This document shows, one piece after another, positions 11,579 through 19,107 of a stretch of 32,000 bases of DNA. The DNA is from Planctomycetota bacterium. GTDB lineage: Bacteria > Planctomycetota > Phycisphaerae > Phycisphaerales > Phycisphaeraceae. How positions within the stretch are numbered: position 1 is the first letter of the stretch; each line of letters begins with the position of its first letter. A program made the position numbers and the translations under genes. The stretch is taken from contig JBCBUE010000020.1 of the NCBI GenBank assembly GCA_039818285.1, forward strand, positions 16,830 to 48,829, in the 5' to 3' direction. The notes under the pieces are model-generated. The model was not told the DNA's origin, searched no databases, and saw only the letters and a list, made by a program, of their open reading frames with translations.

Positions 11579-12655
11579 ATGCACATCGCCCTGCTCGCCA
11601 ACACCGCCTGGCTCGACGAAGAGCTCGCCTCGCTCCGGCAGCTGGTCGTCGGGCTGATCGACGAGCACGTCACGCTCACGCAGGTCGTCCCCGCGTTCAT
11701 CCCCGACGAGGACACCTCGCCGTTTGCCCACCGGCTGGACTGGATCGACTCCCGCTGGCGGTTCCTCAATCAGCGCCGGATCGCGGCCCTGCACCCCCAG
11801 CTCGCCGCCGCCAAGGTCGACCTGATCCACGCCCTGGACGGCCGGCTGTGGCCCGCGGCGGTGAAGCTGGCCGAAAGGCTCGACCTGCCGCTGCTGCTGT
11901 CGGCGTCGTCGGCGCACGACCTCTCGGCCGCCGCGCGGATCGTCCGCCACCTGCGGCCCGACGCGGCCGCCTTCACCGCCGCGACCGAGCCGCTCACGTC
12001 CGCCCTGCGCGCCCGCGTGCCCGAGTCGATCCCCGTGCACCTCGTCCCGCCCGGCGTGCACCGCCTCGACGCCTCGCCTCGACCGACCGATCGCCCGCTC
12101 TGCGCCGTGATCACCGGCTCGGGCCGGCACGACAGCTACATCCAGGCCCTGCTCGAGGCCCTGGCCCGCGTCATCCGGCGCGACCCGCAGGCGCAGTTCT
12201 TCTTCGACGGCCAGACCAACGATCAGCACCGCATCTGGCAGGCCGCCGACAAGCTCGGCCTGCTCCGTCACATCTCGCTCGTCCCCCGCAAGCTCGGCAA
12301 CCGCGACCTGCTGCTCCGCACCGACGCCCTGCTCATGCCCCAGCCGCTGGGCAAGGCACGCTCGCTCACGCTGCAGGCCATGGCCCGCGGCCTGCCCGTC
12401 GTCGCCACCGACGACCCCTGGCTCGACTACCTCATCGACGGCGAGACCGCTTGGATGCTCAGCCACCCCGAGCCCACCGGCTGGCACGATCGCATCGTCC
12501 ACCTCCTTGACTATCACGAGTCGGCCACCGCCATGGGCCACGCCGCCCGCGCCTGGGTCAACGAGCACCGCCCGGTCACCAAGCAGATCGACGCCCTGCT
12601 CGACCTTTACCGCCGCTACACCGGCCAGACGATCCCGATGGCCCAGGCGGGGTAG
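11579..12655 (+). CDS. GT-B fold glycosyltransferase (family 1/4-like)
   Basis: The C-terminal region ALLMPQPLGKARSLTLQAMARGLPVVATDDPWLDYLIDGETAWML resembles the GT1/GT4 nucleotide-sugar binding segment. ATG lies 13 nt after the CPBP stop. Confidence 0.55.
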   Translation: MHIALLANTAWLDEELASLRQLVVGLIDEHVTLTQVVPAFIPDEDTSPFAHRLDWIDSRWRFLNQRRIAALHPQLAAAKVDLIHALDGRLWPAAVKLAERLDLPLLLSASSAHDLSAAARIVRHLRPDAAAFTAATEPLTSALRARVPESIPVHLVPPGVHRLDASPRPTDRPLCAVITGSGRHDSYIQALLEALARVIRRDPQAQFFFDGQTNDQHRIWQAADKLGLLRHISLVPRKLGNRDLLLRTDALLMPQPLGKARSLTLQAMARGLPVVATDDPWLDYLIDGETAWMLSHPEPTGWHDRIVHLLDYHESATAMGHAARAWVNEHRPVTKQIDALLDLYRRYTGQTIPMAQAG

Positions 12656-12703
12656 ACACCGCGCGACGCCGCGGCGGGCCTCAGTAAGCTGCTCGGCTCG
12701 CCG

Positions 12704-13591
12704 ATGCACCTGCTCGATTCCCCCTCATCCCTGCGCGACTGGCTCGCCGACGCCCCGCGTCCGCTCGCCCTCGTGCCCACCATGGGCGCCCTGCACGACG
12801 GCCACCTCGCGCTCATCGACCGAGCCCGCGAACCCGAGGCGACCCACGACCGACCCGCCCGAGCCGTCGTCGTGTCGGTGTTCGTCAACCCGACCCAGTT
12901 CGGGCCCGACGAGGACTTCGACCGCTACCCCCGCGACCTCGAACGCGACCTCGCCTTGCTGCGCGGCCGAAGCGTTGATGCCGTCTTCACCCCCACCGCC
13001 GATCAGCTCTACCCGCCCGGCCGGCCCGAGGTCGCGATCGACCTGCCCGAGCTGACCGCCCCCCTTGAGGGCGAACACCGCCCCGGGCACTTCGCCGGTG
13101 TCTGCCGCGTCTGCCTCAAGCTGTTCAACCTCGCCCAGCCGGACTACGCCGTGTTCGGCGAGAAGGACTATCAACAGCTCGCCGTCATGCGTGCGATGGT
13201 CGCCGACCTCGACCTGCCGATGTCGATCGTCGGCTGCCCGACGATCCGCGAGCCCGACGGCCTGGCGATGTCGTCGCGCAATCGGTACCTGACCGACGAT
13301 CGCCATGCCGAGGCGCTGGGCGTCTCGCGCGCCCTGAGCGCGGCCCGCAAGGCCTGGCTGGCCAACCCCACGCTCACGCCATCGGCGATCGAGCGCCGCA
13401 TGGCCGACACGCTCATCGAGCACCGGCTCGAGATCGACTACGCCGTCGCGCGCCACCCCGACACGCTCCACCCACTTCCCTCGGATCAACCCGCCCGCGA
13501 CGACGCTCGGCTGCTGATCGCCGTGACGTGCGGCGCGACGCGCCTGATCGACAACGCCCCGCTCAGCGCGGCCCCGTCGACGGCGGATTAA
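12704..13591 (+). CDS. panC: pantoate--beta-alanine ligase
   Basis: VPTMGALHDGHLALI (HIGH-like) and VSVFVNPTQFGPDEDFDRYPR motifs, and MSSRN near the C-domain. Confidence 0.9.
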   Translation: MHLLDSPSSLRDWLADAPRPLALVPTMGALHDGHLALIDRAREPEATHDRPARAVVVSVFVNPTQFGPDEDFDRYPRDLERDLALLRGRSVDAVFTPTADQLYPPGRPEVAIDLPELTAPLEGEHRPGHFAGVCRVCLKLFNLAQPDYAVFGEKDYQQLAVMRAMVADLDLPMSIVGCPTIREPDGLAMSSRNRYLTDDRHAEALGVSRALSAARKAWLANPTLTPSAIERRMADTLIEHRLEIDYAVARHPDTLHPLPSDQPARDDARLLIAVTCGATRLIDNAPLSAAPSTAD

Positions 13592-14624
13592 GCGAGACCG
13601 TCTCGCCGTGATCGAAGGCCTCGGCGTCGGCGAAACCACCGGCCGGGTACGCCGCGCGGCCGCGTTCGAGCACGAACGCCACGAACGCCTCGGCCAACGC
13701 ATCGCCCGCGCCGCGGGCCGGGGTGGTCGCCGCGAGGATCGACTGGCCGAACGGCTCGGCTTCGTCCACGGCCACGTACCGCAAACGATCGGGGAACGCG
13801 TCGGCGTAGAAGGCCGCGAGGTGCCCGAAGATCAGCCCCGCGTCGGCCTGGCCGGTCAGTAAGGCATAGGGCACGTCGCGGTGCTGGATCTTCAGCCGGC
13901 CGGGGAAGTCGCCGATCTCCCGAGCGAACAGCCGATCGGTCGCCTCCGTCCCGACCAGGGCCTGCAGCGTCTGGCGGTACTGCCGCCGCGCCCCCGCCTC
14001 GCCGGGCGTCGCAAACACGATCGGCGTGTCGGCCGCGACCAGGTCGTCGAGCCCGTCGAACTCGTCGGTCGCCCCGCGCCTCAGCAGCATCCCCATGCCG
14101 CGGTGCTTGGCGAACGGCGTCGCCGTGTCCGAGACGATCCCCGCCTCGGCCAGCCGACCCATCGGCCCCGCGCCGCCCATCACGACGTGCGGGAACACCC
14201 CGCCTTGAGGCGTCACCCGAAGCGTCGCGTTGCCGACCCGGATCGACCCGCTCGTCAGCGCCCGCACGACCATGACCTGCGGCAGCGTCACCACCAGCAC
14301 GTCGCCGGGTTCGATCGGCTCCAGGCCCGGCCGCTGCGCGACCCAGGCGGCGAACTCGTCGTACACCATCGGTAGCAGCACGGGGAAGTGATTGCCCTCG
14401 GTGAACACGACCAGCCGGGCCGTACCGTCGATCGGGCCGACGAAGTCGGGCAGCTCGTTCGTGTGGCCGCGCAGCTCCAGCCCGTCGACCTCGGGCCCGA
14501 AGGTCGGCCAATCGACCCAGGGCGTCGGCTCGGCCCAGACGCGATCCGCGCCGATCGCCAACGCCATCGCCACGCACCCCCAGGCCATCGATCGGGCCCA
14601 CGCCGTTGGTTGGAGCATCGCCAT
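13563..14624 (-). CDS. secreted periplasmic-binding-protein-like (type 2 PBP fold) protein, ligand unknown
   Basis: The signal peptide ends ...DRVWA/EP. Segments such as RLVVFTEGNHFPVLLP and TGQADAGLIFGHLAAFY resemble ModA/sulfate-type binding proteins. The assignment is weak. Confidence 0.45.
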   Translation of the reverse strand: MAMLQPTAWARSMAWGCVAMALAIGADRVWAEPTPWVDWPTFGPEVDGLELRGHTNELPDFVGPIDGTARLVVFTEGNHFPVLLPMVYDEFAAWVAQRPGLEPIEPGDVLVVTLPQVMVVRALTSGSIRVGNATLRVTPQGGVFPHVVMGGAGPMGRLAEAGIVSDTATPFAKHRGMGMLLRRGATDEFDGLDDLVAADTPIVFATPGEAGARRQYRQTLQALVGTEATDRLFAREIGDFPGRLKIQHRDVPYALLTGQADAGLIFGHLAAFYADAFPDRLRYVAVDEAEPFGQSILAATTPARGAGDALAEAFVAFVLERGRAAYPAGGFADAEAFDHGETVSLNPPSTGPR

Positions 14625-14643
14625 GCCGCAAGCCTACGCACGC

Positions 14644-15726
14644 TCAGGGGGCGTCGGCTCCCGGACCGCTCGATTGTTCACGCCCGGCGCGGACGGCGCT
14701 CGAGATGTCCGGGTCGTCGAAGTGTTCGCGGACCGCGTCGTCGATGCGGAACTTCTCGCGGGCCTGCTCGAAGGGCAGGTCGGTGTCAATCACGCCGATG
14801 CCGTGCAGCCCGCGGGCGATCCGGCCGTTAAGGACGATGTCGCGGTGCAGGCGGAACGGCTCGCCCCGGACGTGCTGCACCGCCCGCACCCAGACGGTCG
14901 TGCAGTTGTCCAGGATGATGTGGTACCACCGCGGCTGGTTGAGGATCTCGTTGGCCTCGGCGACCACCCGACGAAACACGGCCTGCACGTGCTCGGGGTC
15001 GGCGCGGATCGGATAGGCGTACAACGCCTGCCCGGGCTTGGCCCCGCGCACGGTCAGCGCGTCGCGCTCGTCGATGAAGAAGTACCCCAGCTCGAACTGC
15101 CGAAGCGCCCCCGCGACCGGGCCGTAGGTCTCGCCCGTCTCCATCCGGGCCTCGATCGAGAGCACCAGGCGGCCCTCGTCCCCGAAGTCGAACGACAGCA
15201 TCGTGTGGGCGACCAGCTCGGTCAGCGCGAACGGCTCGACGATCATGTCGACGCCCCGCAGCTTGCTCAGCGTGTACGTGCGGTCCTCCCAGCGAGGCTC
15301 GAACGTCCCGTCCGCGAAGCGCTCGAAGTTCCGCAGTCGCGTGACGTGGACGGTGTCGTCGGCGATGGAAAGTTCGGGCAGCACGGAGATGTCGACCCGG
15401 AACGCGCGGTCGTGGCTGGGGGATCGGACGGCCAGCCACAGCAGGACCGACAGCCACGCCGCGAGGACGAAGCGCTCGGGCCACCAGGTGTGCCAGCGCC
15501 ACGCGACGAGTCCGCCGGCGATCGCCCAGGCCAGGAAGATCGGCCACCAACGCCCGCCGCCGACCATGATCCCTAGGCACATCGCCGCCGCGGCGAACAG
15601 CACGATGACCAGCCCGCGTCGAACAACGGCACGCGCCCGACGCCAGCGAACGCGCGGAGCGGGCGACGACGCGCCATCGAGCGATGAGCCGGAGGCGTTG
15701 CTGGACTCGACAGCGGACGGAACCAC
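14644..15726 (-). CDS. DUF4105 (Lnb N-terminal-like) domain membrane protein
   Basis: N-terminal TM helices are followed by VHVTRLRNFERF...AHTMLSFDFGDEGRLVLSIEARMETGETYGP...FELGYFFIDERDALTVRG...YHIILDNCTT, which matches the DUF4105 pattern. The stop lies 19 nt upstream of the next gene. Confidence 0.65.
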   Translation of the reverse strand: MVPSAVESSNASGSSLDGASSPAPRVRWRRARAVVRRGLVIVLFAAAAMCLGIMVGGGRWWPIFLAWAIAGGLVAWRWHTWWPERFVLAAWLSVLLWLAVRSPSHDRAFRVDISVLPELSIADDTVHVTRLRNFERFADGTFEPRWEDRTYTLSKLRGVDMIVEPFALTELVAHTMLSFDFGDEGRLVLSIEARMETGETYGPVAGALRQFELGYFFIDERDALTVRGAKPGQALYAYPIRADPEHVQAVFRRVVAEANEILNQPRWYHIILDNCTTVWVRAVQHVRGEPFRLHRDIVLNGRIARGLHGIGVIDTDLPFEQAREKFRIDDAVREHFDDPDISSAVRAGREQSSGPGADAP

Positions 15727-15816
15727 GCGACCTCCTCGAGATGGGTGCCGGCGACGCGGCCACCCGGGTCACCCGAAGCGTAACGGCGTCGATGCCCCCG
15801 AGGCGAGCAGAATTCG

Positions 15817-16398
15817 TCAGGCTTGGAGCCGCGGCTCGACGAGGTCGCAGATCGTGTGGATGAGCAGCAGGTGGGCTTCCTGGATGCGGGCGGTGACGTC
15901 GTGCGGCACGAGCAGGTCGACGTCCGCGAGGCCGAGGGTGTCGCCGCCGTCGCGGCCGAGCATGGCGACGGTCTTGAGGCCTCGGTCCCGGGCGGTCTCG
16001 AGGGCCAGTCGGACGTTTCGGCTCTTGCCCGACGTAGAGAAGCCGAAGAGGACGTCGCCGGGCCGGCCGAAGGCCTCGACCTGTCGGCTGAAGACGGGGT
16101 CGTAGCCGTAGTCGTTGCCGATGGCGGTGAGGTCGCCGCCGTGGGTGGTCAGGGCGATGGCGGGGTAGGCCGGGCGGTGATCGACGTAGCGAACGACGAA
16201 CTCGGTGGTCATGTGGGCGGCCTCGGTGGCCGAGCCGCCGTTGCCGCAGGCGAGGAGCTGGTGGCCCGTGGTCAGGGCGTCGGCGAGGAGGTCGGCGGCC
16301 CGCCGGGTCGGCTCGGCGAGCGGACGCAGGGCGTCAAGCAGGGCCCGGAGGTCGTCGATGCGTCGGTCGAGCGCGGGGGCGGGCGAGTCGTGGGGCAT
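15817..16398 (-). CDS. gmhA: SIS-domain phosphoheptose isomerase (GmhA/DiaA family)
   Basis: LLACGNGGSATEAAHMTTEF, FGFSTSGKSRNV and VTARIQEAHLLLIHTICDLVE motifs. ATG at 16398 (MPHDSPAP...) is preferred over the GTG at 16464 of the maximal ORF. Confidence 0.75.
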   Translation of the reverse strand: MPHDSPAPALDRRIDDLRALLDALRPLAEPTRRAADLLADALTTGHQLLACGNGGSATEAAHMTTEFVVRYVDHRPAYPAIALTTHGGDLTAIGNDYGYDPVFSRQVEAFGRPGDVLFGFSTSGKSRNVRLALETARDRGLKTVAMLGRDGGDTLGLADVDLLVPHDVTARIQEAHLLLIHTICDLVEPRLQA

Positions 16399-16469
16399 CG
16401 GGGGAGCGTAACTCCCGGCCGGCCGGCCGTTTGCTGAGCCGACCCCCGGGGCCGAAATGCCCACGGACG

Positions 16470-16498
16470 TTGCACTACCGACAGCGAGGCGTTATCTT
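16470..16498 (+). promoter_or_regulatory. sigma70-like promoter candidate for glnN (TTGCAC-N17-TATCTT)
   Basis: Hexamers at 16470-16475 and 16493-16498 lie in the 220-nt divergent gmhA/glnN spacer, about 120 nt upstream of the glnN ATG. Pattern only. Confidence 0.25.
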
Positions 16499-16617
16499 TC
16501 GGGCCAACGCGCCGAGACTGCCTTAAAAGTAGGCAACTCGACTTGAATTGTGATCGATCGTGCGTCACCGCGGTCGATTTGGAGAGAGGCAACCCCCACC
16601 ACGGAGTTGATGCACCG

Positions 16618-18798
16618 ATGAGCGGCAAGCAAGCACGACTGGACGCCATGTCGGCGATCGCGGCCCTGGGTCCGACGCCCAGCACCTTCGATTTCTCCAC
16701 CGAGCCCACCGCCGAGGCCTGGGGCGAGAACGTCTTCAGCCTCAGCAAGATGGCCCAGCGCCTGCCCAAGGGCATCTACAAGTCGCTCAAGAAGACCATC
16801 GAGACCGGCACCGAGCTCGAGACCTATGTCGCCGACGCCGTCGCCGAGTCGATGAAGACCTGGGCCCTGGAAAAGGGCGCCACGCACTACGCCCACGTCT
16901 TCTACCCCCTGACCGGCCTGACCGCCGAGAAGCACGACTCGTTCTTCGACCCCGACGGCTCGGGCGGCACCATCGCCGAGTTCGCCGGCAAGAACCTCAT
17001 GCAGGGCGAGCCCGACGGCTCCTCGTTCCCCAACGGCGGCATCCGCGCCACCTTCGAGGCCCGCGGCTACACCATCTGGGACGTCACCTCTCCCGCCTAC
17101 ATCATGGAGAACCCCAACGGGACCACGCTGTGCATCCCCACGGCCTTCGTCTCCTGGACCGGCGAGGCCCTCGACAAGAAGACCCCCGTTCTCCGCTCCA
17201 TGCAGGCCCTCAACGCCGCGTCGCAGCGCGTCCTGAAGTTCTTCGGCAACGACGGGCCCTTCGTCTCGTCCACCGCCGGCGCCGAGCAGGAGTACTTCCT
17301 GATCGACAAGCACTTCTACTTCGCCCGCCCCGACCTCATGGCCGCCAACCGCACGCTGTTCGGCTCGCCGCCGCCCAAGGGCCAGGAGTTCGACGACCAC
17401 TACTTCGGCTTCATCCCCGAGCGCGTCCTCGCCTGCATGTTCGAGGTCGAGCGCGAGTGCTTCAAGCTCGGCATCCCGACCAAGACCCGCCACAACGAGG
17501 TCGCCCCCGGCCAGTACGAGATCGCCCCGGTCTTCGAGTTCGGCAACGTCGCCACCGACCACCAGCAGCTGATCATGACCATGCTCGGCAAGTGCGCCGC
17601 GAAGTACGGCATGGTCGCCCTGCTGCACGAAAAGCCGTTCGCCGGCGTCAACGGCTCGGGCAAGCACCTCAACTTCTCGATGGGCTCGGCCGCCGCGGGC
17701 AACCTGTTCGACCCCGGCGACACCCCGGCCGAGAACGCTCAGTTCCTGCTGTTCTGCTCGGCGATGATCCAGGCCGTCTTCCGCCACAGCAAGCTGCTGC
17801 GGGCCGTCGTCGCCTCGGCGTCGAACGACCACCGCCTGGGCGCCAACGAGGCCCCGCCGGCCATCCTCTCGATCTTCCTCGGTGACGAGCTCACCCAGGC
17901 CATCGAGGCGATCGCCACCGGCTCGTCCGTCACCGCCAAGAAGCAGGACATGAAGGTCGGCGTCGACGTGTTGCCGCCGATCCCCAAGCACTCGGGCGAC
18001 CGCAACCGCACCTCGCCCATGGCCTTCACCGGAAACCGCTTCGAGTTCCGCGCCGTCGGATCGTTCCAGTCGATCGCCGGCCCGCTGATCGCGATGAACT
18101 CGGTGATGGCCGAGTCGCTCAACGAGTTCGCCGACAAGCTCGAGGCCGCGGCCCCGACCGACCCCAAGGCCGTCGGCGACGTCGTCGCCTCGATCGTCAA
18201 GGACGTCTGGGGCGCCTGCTCGCAGGTCGTCTTCAACGGCGACGGCTACTCCGACGAGTGGCACGCCGAGGCCGAGAAGCGTGGCCTGCCGAACCTCAAG
18301 ACCACGGCCGACGCCCTGCCGATGTTCAAGACCAGGGAAGTCGAAGAACTCTTCGACTCGCTGGGTGTCCTCAGCCCACGCGAGCTCGAGTCGCGTTACG
18401 AGGTATACGCTGAGCAGTACATCGCCTCGGTCAACGTCGAGTCCAACCTCGTCATCGAGATGGTCCGCACGGTGATCTTCCCCGCCGCCGTCCGCTATCA
18501 GTCCGAGTTGGCCACCTCGCTGGCCAACCTCAAGGCCGTCGGCATCGAGCCGGACCAGGAGACCCTCAAGACCGTCACCGAGTTGATCGGCAAGCTGCAG
18601 GACGACACCAACGCCCTGGTCGCTCTCAAGGCCAAGGAAGAGGGTATGGACGACGTGGAGGCCCACTGCTATTTCCTCAAGGACGAAGTGCTGCCCAAGA
18701 TGCTCGAGGTGCGCGGCTATGCCGACGAGCTCGAAGGGCTGGTCGCCGACGACCTCTGGCCGCTGCCGACCTACCAGGAAATGCTCTTCGCCAAGTAA
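16618..18798 (+). CDS. glnN: type III glutamine synthetase
   Basis: At 726 aa it is the size of GSIII. The N-terminus [33 protein letters not shown] and the catalytic region [15 protein letters not shown]...[19 protein letters not shown] are typical. ATG at 16618 is preferred over the upstream TTG at 16543. Confidence 0.9.
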   Translation: MSGKQARLDAMSAIAALGPTPSTFDFSTEPTAEAWGENVFSLSKMAQRLPKGIYKSLKKTIETGTELETYVADAVAESMKTWALEKGATHYAHVFYPLTGLTAEKHDSFFDPDGSGGTIAEFAGKNLMQGEPDGSSFPNGGIRATFEARGYTIWDVTSPAYIMENPNGTTLCIPTAFVSWTGEALDKKTPVLRSMQALNAASQRVLKFFGNDGPFVSSTAGAEQEYFLIDKHFYFARPDLMAANRTLFGSPPPKGQEFDDHYFGFIPERVLACMFEVERECFKLGIPTKTRHNEVAPGQYEIAPVFEFGNVATDHQQLIMTMLGKCAAKYGMVALLHEKPFAGVNGSGKHLNFSMGSAAAGNLFDPGDTPAENAQFLLFCSAMIQAVFRHSKLLRAVVASASNDHRLGANEAPPAILSIFLGDELTQAIEAIATGSSVTAKKQDMKVGVDVLPPIPKHSGDRNRTSPMAFTGNRFEFRAVGSFQSIAGPLIAMNSVMAESLNEFADKLEAAAPTDPKAVGDVVASIVKDVWGACSQVVFNGDGYSDEWHAEAEKRGLPNLKTTADALPMFKTREVEELFDSLGVLSPRELESRYEVYAEQYIASVNVESNLVIEMVRTVIFPAAVRYQSELATSLANLKAVGIEPDQETLKTVTELIGKLQDDTNALVALKAKEEGMDDVEAHCYFLKDEVLPKMLEVRGYADELEGLVADDLWPLPTYQEMLFAK

Positions 18799-18826
18799 GC
18801 CTCGGCGAATCGGACACATGGGAGAG

Positions 18827-18859
18827 AAACCCGCGGCCTCGATGGCCGCGGGTTTTTTC
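18827..18859 (+). terminator. rho-independent terminator after glnN
   Basis: CCCGCGGCC (18830-18838), loop TCGAT, GGCCGCGGG (18844-18852), then a run of six T. A flanking AAA can extend the stem. Confidence 0.8.
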
Positions 18860-19107
18860 GTGTGGGCGCTCTGGGCGAAGCCGGGCGTGGGTGATGTCCG
18901 TTCGCGCAGGCAATACGCTGGGCCGGGCGGCGTTGACCCGGCCGGGATCGGTCCGCGCGGCCGGCGAGGCGTCGCACCAAGACACAAGGGTTTGACTTGC
19001 CGCCGGGATCGACGCGCTCGATAATGTGTTTCGCACCACGGCCGTCGCGCCTGCGCGACGCCGACATCGAGACGGGGCCGAGCCCGAGCCGTGGAGGCGA
19101 TGCGCCC

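Noticed and set aside
18992-19025. TTGACT ... GATAAT promoter upstream of the ECF sigma gene
   Set aside because: The hexamers are good, but the spacer is 22 nt (20 nt if TCGATA is used), outside the usual 16-19 nt. It is left unannotated.
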